From: an uncultured Rhizobiaceae bacterium
GTDB lineage: Bacteria > Pseudomonadota > Alphaproteobacteria > UBA828
Assembly (NCBI GenBank): GCA_964429775.1
Contig: CAYSDJ010000008.1
Span: forward strand, 4,261-68,260
Length of the DNA: 64,000 nucleotides
Reading direction: 5' to 3'
In this document: positions 1-9,302 of the stretch, piece after piece
Layout of the letters: every line of letters starts with the position of its first letter
Position numbering within the stretch: the stretch's first letter is position 1
Notes under the pieces: generated by a model
The model's input: the letters and a program-made list of their open reading frames with translations, nothing else
Database searches by the model: none
Told to the model about the DNA's origin: nothing
Translations under genes and position numbers: made by a program

Positions 1-342
1 TTCTCCGGCACGGCGCTCGAACCGGGCGCGCCTGTTGCGGATTGGGTATTGAAAGGCGCTATGCGAACCGATGGCCGGGCGCGGCGCATGATGTTTGCCG
101 CCTTTGCCGCCGGCGAAGGAGGTGATCAGGCGCAAATCCTGGCACAAACCAGCGTGCCGACGGCGGTCATCAATGGCGCCAGCGAACGGTTCGTCAATAA
201 CGACTTTATCGCTGCGGCCGATTACGGAAATCTATGGCGTGGTCAGGTGCATTTGATGGACGGACTTGGGCACGCGCCGTTCTGGCAGGCGCCCGCGGAA
301 TATAATGCGCTGCTGGAGCGCTTCGTCGCAGAGGTGAGCTAG
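1..342 (+). CDS. alpha/beta hydrolase fold protein, C-terminal part (gene begins upstream of window)
   Basis: The reading frame is open from nt 1 with no stop before 342. The C-terminal end (LGHAPFWQAPAEYNALLERFV) resembles the end of alpha/beta hydrolases. Confidence 0.4.
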   Translation, partial: FSGTALEPGAPVADWVLKGAMRTDGRARRMMFAAFAAGEGGDQAQILAQTSVPTAVINGASERFVNNDFIAAADYGNLWRGQVHLMDGLGHAPFWQAPAEYNALLERFVAEVS

Positions 343-668
343 CGGGTTGCGCTCTCGGCGTCCAACATGGCCTGCACCATCTTATCCGCTTGGGCGCGTA
401 GGCGCAGACCATTGGGCCCGTTGTGATCCGGATGCTTTTCCGAATCCTGCGCCGCATTAAGTGCATTGGCCAACATGTTTAGGCTAAGGCCGCGCGCCTC
501 TTTGCCGTGACATTCAAGCCCGGCGCGCAACATGGCGCTGGCGGCGCGCATTTCGGCGGTGAGCGTATTGCCCCCCGCTTCAGTTGTTTTGCGCTCCGTG
601 ATCTCGTCGCCGAGCGCATGAATTTCCGCTGTCGCCCGCTTGAACAATTCGTTTGAATTCCGCGCCAT
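339..668 (-). CDS. hypothetical protein (109 aa)
   Basis: Clean ORF ending right after the upstream acyl-CoA dehydrogenase on the same strand. No recognisable motif. Confidence 0.3.
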   Translation of the reverse strand: MARNSNELFKRATAEIHALGDEITERKTTEAGGNTLTAEMRAASAMLRAGLECHGKEARGLSLNMLANALNAAQDSEKHPDHNGPNGLRLRAQADKMVQAMLDAESATR

Positions 669-753
669 GACCGATCCCCATCAAGCCTGTCAAAATGAAA
701 TCTTCCGTACCGGGAGCCATTTTGACCGGGGAGTCTTTACGAAGGATTAAGGA

Positions 754-1956
754 TTAATGGTCCCACGACCAAAATTCCGTACCCTCCTGCATAAAGAAGC
801 GCGCCATGACCATTTTGTGGACCTCTGATGCGCCATCGACCAATTTGGCCTGGCGCGCATAGCGGTACATCCACTCCAACAGCGTGTCCTGCGAATAGCC
901 GCGCGCGCCGCAAATCTGGATGCAGGTATTGACCACGCTGTTGAGCATCTCCGCGACCTCAACCTTGGCCATCGACAATTCCTTGCGCGCCCGGTCGCCC
1001 TGATCGAGTTTCCAGGCGGCATACATGGTAAGCAGGCGACCGGTGTGGATTTGCATGGCGGCTTCGCCGAGCATCCACTGCACGCCTTCATGCTCAGCCA
1101 GGGTCTCGCCAAAGGATTCACGCTCCTTGGCGTAGTCGGCAGCGATCGACATGGCGCGCTTGGCCATGCCGAGCCAGCGCATGCAATGGGTCAAACGGGC
1201 CGGGCCAAGGCGGATTTGCGTCGCGCGTAGGCCGTCGCCGAGTTTCATTAGGATGTTTTCCTCAGGTATCTCGAGGCCGTCGAAGCGCAACTCGCAATGG
1301 CCGCCATGTTCCTCCGGCCCCATGATCGGCACCTTGCGGACGAGTTCCCAACCCGGCTGATCCTTGTGAAAGAGAAAGGCGCTGAGGCCGTTGCGCGGGT
1401 CATCCGAGGTGCGCGCGATCAGAATGAAATGATCCGAGGCACCGGCCCCAGTGATGAACCATTTGTGGCCATGCACGACCCACTTATCGCCTTTTTTCTC
1501 GGCCTTGGTGCGCATCATCCCGGCCGGGTCCGACCCGGCGCCAGGGTGTGGCTCGGTCATGACGAAGGCCGAGCGCACCTTGCCGTCGATAATCGGCTGC
1601 AACCATGTTTTCTTCTGTTCTTCTGTGCCGACCATCGAAAGGAGGCGCATATTGCCATCGTCGGGCGCGGCGCAGTTGAGCGCCGCCGGGCCGAAAATCG
1701 AATAATTGGCTTCTTCGTAGATCACCGCCTGCTCGGCCATGGTGAGGCCCATGCCGCCGAGTTCCTTCGGCATTTGCGGCGCCCACAGGCCCGCTGCCTT
1801 GGCTTTGTCACGTATGACAGCAAGTTTCTCCAACGGAATATTCTCATGCTCGTCGAACGACTCCCGCGGGCTTTCGAGGGGGATGCAATGTTCGTTCACG
1901 AACGCGCCTGTCTTTTGGCGCAGCGCTTCCAGTTCCGGCGAAAGGGAGAAATCCAT
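754..1956 (-). CDS. acyl-CoA dehydrogenase
   Basis: 400-aa ORF with typical ACAD N-terminal, middle and C-terminal regions and a C-terminal catalytic Glu region (YAGEIYEG-like: ASEVHKMVMAR). Confidence 0.85.
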   Translation of the reverse strand: MDFSLSPELEALRQKTGAFVNEHCIPLESPRESFDEHENIPLEKLAVIRDKAKAAGLWAPQMPKELGGMGLTMAEQAVIYEEANYSIFGPAALNCAAPDDGNMRLLSMVGTEEQKKTWLQPIIDGKVRSAFVMTEPHPGAGSDPAGMMRTKAEKKGDKWVVHGHKWFITGAGASDHFILIARTSDDPRNGLSAFLFHKDQPGWELVRKVPIMGPEEHGGHCELRFDGLEIPEENILMKLGDGLRATQIRLGPARLTHCMRWLGMAKRAMSIAADYAKERESFGETLAEHEGVQWMLGEAAMQIHTGRLLTMYAAWKLDQGDRARKELSMAKVEVAEMLNSVVNTCIQICGARGYSQDTLLEWMYRYARQAKLVDGASEVHKMVMARFFMQEGTEFWSWDH

Positions 1957-1998
1957 GGTTCATGTCACCTTGTTTCGGTTATCGGGCCAAGCCCCTGA

Positions 1999-3636
1999 TT
2001 ATGAGGAATTCGCACGCTCACGCAGCACGAATTTTTGGATTTTGCCGGTCGCGGTCTTTGGCAAGGGGCCAAATACCACGGCGCGGGGAACTTTGAAGCG
2101 TGCCAAATGGTCGCGGCAAAAATCGATGATATTTTCGGCGCTGACCTCACCACTGTCTGGCTTAAGGTCGACAAAGGCATGGGGCGTCTCACCCCATTTT
2201 TCATCTTCCTTCGCGACCACCGCCGCCTCGAGAACCCGCGGGTGCTGGTAGAGAACATTCTCCACTTCAACGCTCGATATATTTTCTCCGCCTGAAATGA
2301 TGACATCCTTGGAACGGTCACGCAGCTCGACATAGCCGTCTTCATGCATCACCCCGAGGTCGCCGGTGTGGAACCAGCCACCGGCAAAGGCTTTTCCGGT
2401 TTCTTCCGGATTTTCAAGATAGCCCTTCATCAGCGTATTGCCGCGCAACATGATTTCGCCCATCGCTTGCCCGTCGGCGGGTAGCCGTTGGCCGGTTTTC
2501 GGGTCGGCGACCGCGACATCGGATAAGGCCAGGGTTTGAACCCCCTGGCGCGACATTTTCGCGGCGCGCGCATCGACCGACATGTCCGGCCAGTCGTCCT
2601 GCCATTCGGCGATCAATGAGGGGCCGAAACATTCGGTCAAGCCATAGAGATGGGTGACGCGGAAGCCCATATTCTCCATCGCCGCGATAATCGCGCTCGG
2701 CGGCGGCGCGCCACCAACCGTCACATCGACCTGATGGCTGAATGCGCGCTTTTCCTTCTCAGGCGCGTTGGCGATCATATTGAGCACGACCGGCGCCCCG
2801 GCCAGGTGCGTGACCCGCTCCTCAGCGATCAGTTCGAATATCTTTTTCGGCTCGACGCGGCGCAGGCAAACATGGGTGCCGGCCAGCGCCGTGACACCCC
2901 ACGTGTAGGTCCAGCCGTTGCAATGAAACATCGGCAGGGTCCAGAGATAGACGCTGTGGGCTGAGAGCGACGCCGCCAAAACGTTGGAGAGCGCGTTCAA
3001 ATAGGCGCCGCGGTGATGATAGACCACGCCTTTTGGGTTGCCGGTGGTGCCTGACGTGTAATTGAGCGTAATCGCCTGCCACTCATCGGCCGGGCGCGAC
3101 CAATCGTAATCCGGCGCACCGCCGGCAATAAAATCTTCATATGACTGATCGCCGAAATCCGACGTGGACGGCGTCTCCCCTTCAGGGTCATCGACCACCA
3201 CGATATGGGGCTGCCGGCGGCTCAGGCTAAGAGCTTCATCAAGGACTGGCGCGAATTCCCGATCGACAATGACCAAAACACTCTCGGCGTGATCCAGCAG
3301 GCGCCCGATCAACGCCCCATCGAGGCGCGTATTGAGCGCGTTCAGCACCGCGCCGGCCATCGGCACGCCGAAATGCGCCTCCAGGGTTTCCGGAATATTG
3401 GGCGCCAGCAACGAGACCGTATCGCCGATGCCGATGCCGCGCGCCGCGAGCGCGCCGGCCAGGCGGCGGCAGCGCGCGTAGGTGTCGGCGTAGCTCTGGC
3501 GCCGCGCGCCATGAACGATCGCCGTCCGCCCCGGATGCACAAGCGCCGCCCGGGCGAGAAAGTCCAAGGGGGTAAGCGCCGTGTGGTTCGCCGGATTGGG
3601 GTCGAGATCGATATCGTAGCGGCTTTTTTGGGCCAA
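1999..3636 (-). CDS. AMP-dependent acyl-CoA synthetase/ligase
   Basis: AMP-binding motif LNYTSGTTGNPKGV and the downstream ligase core. It sits directly upstream of the ACAD gene, consistent with an operon. Confidence 0.85.
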   Translation of the reverse strand: MAQKSRYDIDLDPNPANHTALTPLDFLARAALVHPGRTAIVHGARRQSYADTYARCRRLAGALAARGIGIGDTVSLLAPNIPETLEAHFGVPMAGAVLNALNTRLDGALIGRLLDHAESVLVIVDREFAPVLDEALSLSRRQPHIVVVDDPEGETPSTSDFGDQSYEDFIAGGAPDYDWSRPADEWQAITLNYTSGTTGNPKGVVYHHRGAYLNALSNVLAASLSAHSVYLWTLPMFHCNGWTYTWGVTALAGTHVCLRRVEPKKIFELIAEERVTHLAGAPVVLNMIANAPEKEKRAFSHQVDVTVGGAPPPSAIIAAMENMGFRVTHLYGLTECFGPSLIAEWQDDWPDMSVDARAAKMSRQGVQTLALSDVAVADPKTGQRLPADGQAMGEIMLRGNTLMKGYLENPEETGKAFAGGWFHTGDLGVMHEDGYVELRDRSKDVIISGGENISSVEVENVLYQHPRVLEAAVVAKEDEKWGETPHAFVDLKPDSGEVSAENIIDFCRDHLARFKVPRAVVFGPLPKTATGKIQKFVLRERANSS

Positions 3637-3957
3637 AAGGCGCCCTCCTCATTGCATTCATCCGCCCCATGGTTTTCTATCGCGCTTGGCCAAAGGTCAA
3701 GCACCAGCAGAAGCAAGATGACAAAGATTGCCGCTCGATGGGCGCGCATCCGGTTGCGGACCACGAGAGCTGGACACCACAGCAACCATAGCAGCGGGCA
3801 AGGCGCCGGATGCCGCGGTGGCGCTCTATTTCAGCCCATAAATCGCGCAGCGTGACTCGCTCAGCGGAGCAAATGTTAAAACCTTATTAGGGAATTCCTC
3901 ATAGTCTGAAACCCAGGATATATCTGTAGATCGCTACAATTGTTCGGGGATTCTTAA

Positions 3958-5301
3958 ATGGTGAATTCGGCCCGTGTTCTGGTTGCGGACGGAAACCTCA
4001 AAACGCTCAATCTCGTCAGCGAATGTTTACGCCGGCTTGGTTTGGTAAATTTGCTCGAAACCTCTGCTTCCAAGGCGATCAGCCGGGCACAAAATGAGCG
4101 CCCCGAAGTTATGCTTTTGGGGCTCGAATTCAATGACCGCAGCTGCGCGAGCATCATTTCCGACCTCAAGTCTTCCGACGAATCATGCGATATCCCGGTT
4201 CTTCTAATGGTCGGTGAAAATGGGGCGCCCGATTGGTCCAAGGAATTTGTCACCCAGTTTGACGAAGTGATCGAGTGGCCGTTCGGCGACGAGCAGGTTC
4301 AGGCGCACGTGACCGCCGCATTGCGTCTTGGCACCATGCGCTCGGAGCTCAACCGGAGAAACGAGACCTTGCGCTTTTTCGGCGCCGGCAGCGCCGACAA
4401 TTGGCATGCCGAGAAATCCGATAATCCGCCCCATATCCTTTTGGCGCGCGGCGATGGCGCCGGCGACGACGGCGTCGAAGAAGCCTTGAAGGGCTTTTCC
4501 CGCTTGGAAACGGAGCAGCTCGGCAGCAATGTTCTGGGAACGCTCAGCGGCTCCGATATCGAATTTGTCGTAATCTCGGAAAATGACGATTTTCAGGCGG
4601 CGCTCGATACCTGCGACGATATCCGGCGCAACCCCACCCTCTTCCACATGCCGATCCTGACGATATGCTCGGCCGATCCTGAGCATATCGCGCAGGCCTA
4701 CCGGCATGGTGCGACGGCGGCCTTTTCCCTGCCGCTCAATGGCGACGAATTGCGCGCCCGGGCAACGATGGGCGTTCGCTCGCATCGCCTGCGCGGTCAT
4801 ATGCTGAACGCTTATCGCGCCGGCAAAAATCATGCGATGAGCGACGGCACCACCGGGCTCTACAGCGCTGAATTTTTCCACCAGCATTTGCAGACCTTGG
4901 TGGCGGATGCCGAGCGCTGGGACAAATCGCTCTCTCTTAACGTGATTGCCGTGCCGGAAGTCAGCCATATCCGCAGTGAATATGGCGATAACGCAGCGGA
5001 TCATCTGTTGAAACAATTGAGCGGCATGATTTCGCGCCTGGTACGCGGTGAAGATTTGTGCGCCCGGCTCGACGACACAACTTTCTGCATCGCCTTGCCG
5101 GAAAGCCCGCTGGAAGCGGCAAGCCCGACCATGCAGCGCATGGCCGGCGTATTGGGTTTCACCGAATATTCCCTCCTTGAGATCGCCGCACCGGTGAATA
5201 TCCACCCGCGCATTGGCAGTGCCGAGTACAAATCAGGCGATTCGGTGGAAGACCTGATCGGGCGCGCCCTATCAACAGCATTGGCGGCCAACGCGGCCTA
5301 A
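3958..5301 (+). CDS. PleD/PopA-like REC-REC-GGDEF protein with degenerate receiver Asp and degenerate GGDEF (DDTTF); I-site RxxD retained
   Basis: Two CheY-like domains are followed by a GGDEF fold. The A-site reads RLDDTTF instead of GG[DE]EF. An RGED motif lies 5 aa upstream, like the I-site. The REC1 phospho-acceptor position reads LLGLEF (Gly in place of Asp). Confidence 0.7.
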   Translation: MVNSARVLVADGNLKTLNLVSECLRRLGLVNLLETSASKAISRAQNERPEVMLLGLEFNDRSCASIISDLKSSDESCDIPVLLMVGENGAPDWSKEFVTQFDEVIEWPFGDEQVQAHVTAALRLGTMRSELNRRNETLRFFGAGSADNWHAEKSDNPPHILLARGDGAGDDGVEEALKGFSRLETEQLGSNVLGTLSGSDIEFVVISENDDFQAALDTCDDIRRNPTLFHMPILTICSADPEHIAQAYRHGATAAFSLPLNGDELRARATMGVRSHRLRGHMLNAYRAGKNHAMSDGTTGLYSAEFFHQHLQTLVADAERWDKSLSLNVIAVPEVSHIRSEYGDNAADHLLKQLSGMISRLVRGEDLCARLDDTTFCIALPESPLEAASPTMQRMAGVLGFTEYSLLEIAAPVNIHPRIGSAEYKSGDSVEDLIGRALSTALAANAA

Positions 5302-5398
5302 CTTTGCTGTCCGCGTCCCTCTCCGGGCGCGGTCACAAATACGTTAGCGGCTAGCACGGGGCTCGCCCGCATAGTCGTTGGCGGCTATACTTTGCGCC

Positions 5399-6043
5399 AT
5401 GAAGGTTTTAATCGTATCGGACACGATTTGTCCCTGGTGCTTTGTTGGCAAGCGGCGCTTCGAACGCGCATTGGCCGAGCGCCCAGAAATTACCCCGGAT
5501 ATCGAATGGCGACCCTTCCAGCTCAATCCGCAAATGCCGGCGGCCGGGCTCGACCGCAAGACCTATATGCGGGCGAAATTCGGCAGCGATGAGCAGGCTG
5601 CGGAAATCTATCAGGCAATCGAGCAGGCCGGCGAAGCGGAAAAAATTCCGTTTGCCTTCGACGCCATCACACGCGTCCCCAATACCGTTGCCTCTCACCG
5701 GCTGATCAGTTGGTCGCTGAAGCTCGGCCGCCAGGACGCCGTGGTCGAAGGCCTATTTCGCTGTTATTTCGAGGACGGCAAGGATATCGGCGAGATCGAT
5801 GTTCTCGCCGCCGTCGCCGGCGAGGCCGGGCTGGATGAAGCCGAGGCGGCGGCCTATCTCGCCAGCGAAGAGGGTGTCGAGCAAACGCTCGCCGAAACCC
5901 GCGAGGCGCAACAACTCGGCATATCCGGCGTACCCTGCTTTATATTCGATGGCAAATACGCTGTTTCCGGCGCGCAGGGGCCGGAAGTATTTTCTCAGGT
6001 GTTCGACTTGGCGCTACAGCCCGACGAAGCAGCGAGCGGCTAA
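5399..6043 (+). CDS. DsbA-family thiol:disulfide oxidoreductase (FrnE/2-hydroxychromene-2-carboxylate isomerase-like)
   Basis: MKVLIVSDTICPWCFVGKRR gives a CPWC thioredoxin-fold motif at the N-terminus, followed by a DsbA-like helical insert. Confidence 0.75.
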   Translation: MKVLIVSDTICPWCFVGKRRFERALAERPEITPDIEWRPFQLNPQMPAAGLDRKTYMRAKFGSDEQAAEIYQAIEQAGEAEKIPFAFDAITRVPNTVASHRLISWSLKLGRQDAVVEGLFRCYFEDGKDIGEIDVLAAVAGEAGLDEAEAAAYLASEEGVEQTLAETREAQQLGISGVPCFIFDGKYAVSGAQGPEVFSQVFDLALQPDEAASG

Positions 6044-6049
6044 ATTTAT

Positions 6050-9000
6050 CTATCGGTTGGTTTCGGGCCGCGGCTGTACGACCTCCGGCTCCTCAACTTC
6101 GTCGCCAGTTACGTCGCTTTCCTGGTCAAATATGGAGAACAGGTTTCTGAGGAATCCGGGCGCCAGTGCGGCAAGCGGGTTGACCGTCACTTTCGGCTCT
6201 TCCGTGGTGCCCTTGACCGAGAAAGTTGCGGCAAAAATTCCTTCGCCCTCGCCGCCGACCAAAAGATCACCGATCAAGGGGATATTGCCGAGAATACTGT
6301 TGAGCGCATAGGCCGGAACGATGGTTCCGCGCATGTCTACCCTGCCATTGTCGAGGTTGACCTTGCCGGAGGCGATTACACCGATCGAGAAGCCGGCGGT
6401 TTGTGCGCGTTCGACAGTCACAATGCCGTCCTTCAAGGCAAATGGCAGGTGGAAATCGGAAAATGTGATGCCTTCGCCCTGCAGAGCGTCAAATATGCCG
6501 GTGAAAGAGGCGACCGCCAGGATTTGCGCCAATGTGGGCGCATTGATGACCTTATAATCCTCAATTTGAACTTCGCCGTCTACCGGAGCGCCGGGCTGAT
6601 CGTCATGGATGGTCGCATCGAGCACCAGACTGCCGCCGATAACATCGTCATAAATATTGAACGCCCGGGCGACGGAGCCGGCATCGTTTGAGCGCACCAC
6701 AAGGCGACGTTTGGCCGCGCCATCGGGCTCAATAATGAGACGAATTTCCGAGCCCGAAGTGAGCGTGCCGATGAGAATGGCCGATTCCAGGCGTTCGGCG
6801 GTATTGACGACGCGGGCGCGCGCATCGGTAATCTGTTGATCGGCGCGGGTAATCAGGCGCTCGACATTGGCCTCAAGGATAAATGGCGGCAGATTTTCCT
6901 GATCCGTATCGCGCAATTGCTTGATATAGGGGCGTAAATCCAGGCTTTTGCCACCGACATCAAGAACAATGTTGTCGATGTCGTCGCGCTTGTAGCTGAC
7001 CGTCACATCATTGTCTCCGAGTTGGACGCTGCTCAACTCGGCGCTAATCAGGTTGCCATGTTTCGGGCCAATTTCGGCTTGTCCCTTGACTCTGAGGTCC
7101 ATCGAATTCAACTCGAAATTGGTAATCTCGACATTCTTATGATCTTCGAGGCGCGCCAGAACGAGGATCGAGGCGCGCTCGCCGACCGGCTTTTTCCAGA
7201 ACAGTTCGGGAATTTCCATATGTGCGTTCTCGGCGCCAAGGGCGGCTGCAATGTGCTGCGCGCCATCGGGCGAGACAGTGTATGTGAAATTCATATCGAA
7301 CGGCCCGATGGCGAAGGGTGCCACATTGACACCAAAGGTCTCGCGCGCCTGCTGGTCCAATATTGCGGAGATATCGTAGCGGCTTTGGAATGGCGCCTCG
7401 GGCGAAAAATTCTCAATCCATTTCACTTCGGCCGGCATGCCCTCAATCGCAATCGATCCGCCGACTTCCATATTGTTTTCATCCAGCGTAAGACGCATCC
7501 GCCCGTTGCTTACGTCATAGTCACCGAACAAATCACGGACGTTGAGATCATTGAGGCGCGCAACGGCGGCAAATTGCACTTCGTCGAACGTAACATCGCT
7601 GCGAAAGGGTAATTGTACCCCCATTTCGGCGGCCACATGGCCGGTAAATTGTTCGCTCTTCAGGCCCATCTTGCTGGGATAGCCAAACCTTGGACCATCG
7701 AGCAAACTGATTGCGTTATCGGCCGGGCCTTCAACATTGGCGATGATCGTCAACATCGCCGAATCCAGCATCAGGTCGGTGATCAAAGCGACACCGGTCG
7801 GTGCGTACATCCGCTCGATCGTGCCGTCGCGCATGTCCATGAACAGGTTGGCGCCATCGATATGGCCCTTGCCATCCACACCATAGGCATAAGGCTGTTC
7901 GGGAAAATAATTGACGGTGGCGTCGCGGTAACTGAAATCGACATCAATCGCCTTGGGGCGCATGCCGCGCTGCACCAGGTCTATTTCACCCGGCTTGATA
8001 TCGAAATCGACGGTGAAATTCGAAATCACGCCGTCAAACACATTGGCCAATATCCAGCTTCTGGCATTCGTCATCAGTGTGTCGGGCCAATAATTCTTAA
8101 GGTCGTCAAACGGCATTTCCTTAAATTCGAATGTGCCGCCGATAGCAGTCTGATCGGAAATTCCCGACAACTCCCCGGAGAAGTTAAATGTCGGCCCGCC
8201 TGTGTCGATAAACAAGCTTTCGAGATTGAGCGTGTCAAAACTTGCGTCGGCGTCGCCCTGCAAGCGCAGCGAGGCGATGTTCGGCGGGGCGGGTAAAATC
8301 TTCGGCACCATCAGGGAACCGGCACCGCCGGCCAGGTCGAAATTTATCTTGTCAGTCAAACTGCCGTCCTGATTGACGGTAAACTCCAGTGCGCCCTCGA
8401 TTGGCAATTTAAAGGCGTTAAGCGCGTCCAGCTTGGGCGAAATTGCGGCCAGTTTCGCCGGCACCACTTCACTGAATTGGACGTTGGTGTGGACCTTGCC
8501 GCTGGCGCGCTCAAACGCGGTTGCCGCAACGACCCGGAGGGCAACATCGGCAACTTCAATATCGGCCAGGAGTTCGCCATCAATTTTTTCGCCGTCGAGG
8601 TCGAAAATCAGATCCGCTTCCGGTGCGTGCCAGGACAGACCCAACAGTTCATCGTCAACCCGCAAAGCGGCCGAGAGAATGCTGATCCGTTTCAGCTGCC
8701 CGAGCGGATGGTCGGTGCCGGGTGCGGCAAGGAAATCCGCGATTAGTTCATTAACCGCTTCATCGGGTTCTTCGAATTCGGAACCGAAAGCAAACTCCAA
8801 TCTGCCATCGAGATTGCGCACGAGATGAACCTCCGGATGGAGCAGCTCAACACTGGTCGGCGCGATCTGCCCTTTCAGCAGCGAAAGCGCGCTAAGGCCG
8901 AGGGAAATCTTCGGTACTGACGCCAATACCTCGCCCTCGGGCCCGACCGCATATGCATCTGTGATCAGAATATCGAGCGATCTGTTCCACCCGGCCCAGG

Positions 9001-9193
9001 TCAGAATGGTATCCTCGAATTCGAGGCGGTAGCTCAAATCTTCCGATTCGAAGGCCTCCTCGATATAAGGCGAAAGAAAGCCGATAGAGATCGGGCCGCT
9101 CGACAAACGCCATGACGCAACGGCAAATATAATTGCCAGGCTGCCGAACGTGGCCGCCGCGATATGAACGGTAAGTTTCAGGACTTTATGCAT
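6050..9193 (-). CDS. AsmA-family / DUF3971-type large membrane-anchored protein
   Basis: A ~1040-aa ORF with an N-terminal TM helix and a long beta-rich body. The AsmA family is commonly divergent from glnE in alphaproteobacteria. The start is ATG at 9193 or TTG at 9199. Confidence 0.65.
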   Translation of the reverse strand: MHKVLKLTVHIAAATFGSLAIIFAVASWRLSSGPISIGFLSPYIEEAFESEDLSYRLEFEDTILTWAGWNRSLDILITDAYAVGPEGEVLASVPKISLGLSALSLLKGQIAPTSVELLHPEVHLVRNLDGRLEFAFGSEFEEPDEAVNELIADFLAAPGTDHPLGQLKRISILSAALRVDDELLGLSWHAPEADLIFDLDGEKIDGELLADIEVADVALRVVAATAFERASGKVHTNVQFSEVVPAKLAAISPKLDALNAFKLPIEGALEFTVNQDGSLTDKINFDLAGGAGSLMVPKILPAPPNIASLRLQGDADASFDTLNLESLFIDTGGPTFNFSGELSGISDQTAIGGTFEFKEMPFDDLKNYWPDTLMTNARSWILANVFDGVISNFTVDFDIKPGEIDLVQRGMRPKAIDVDFSYRDATVNYFPEQPYAYGVDGKGHIDGANLFMDMRDGTIERMYAPTGVALITDLMLDSAMLTIIANVEGPADNAISLLDGPRFGYPSKMGLKSEQFTGHVAAEMGVQLPFRSDVTFDEVQFAAVARLNDLNVRDLFGDYDVSNGRMRLTLDENNMEVGGSIAIEGMPAEVKWIENFSPEAPFQSRYDISAILDQQARETFGVNVAPFAIGPFDMNFTYTVSPDGAQHIAAALGAENAHMEIPELFWKKPVGERASILVLARLEDHKNVEITNFELNSMDLRVKGQAEIGPKHGNLISAELSSVQLGDNDVTVSYKRDDIDNIVLDVGGKSLDLRPYIKQLRDTDQENLPPFILEANVERLITRADQQITDARARVVNTAERLESAILIGTLTSGSEIRLIIEPDGAAKRRLVVRSNDAGSVARAFNIYDDVIGGSLVLDATIHDDQPGAPVDGEVQIEDYKVINAPTLAQILAVASFTGIFDALQGEGITFSDFHLPFALKDGIVTVERAQTAGFSIGVIASGKVNLDNGRVDMRGTIVPAYALNSILGNIPLIGDLLVGGEGEGIFAATFSVKGTTEEPKVTVNPLAALAPGFLRNLFSIFDQESDVTGDEVEEPEVVQPRPETNR

Positions 9194-9302
9194 AGACAAC
9201 TACAACAGCCCTATCGCCGGAATCTTGACCCGGCCTATTATGTCGCGCAGGTTGCGCGAAGAGAGGTATTTCACGATATAAATCAAAGCGTTTTGCTGAA
9301 TC

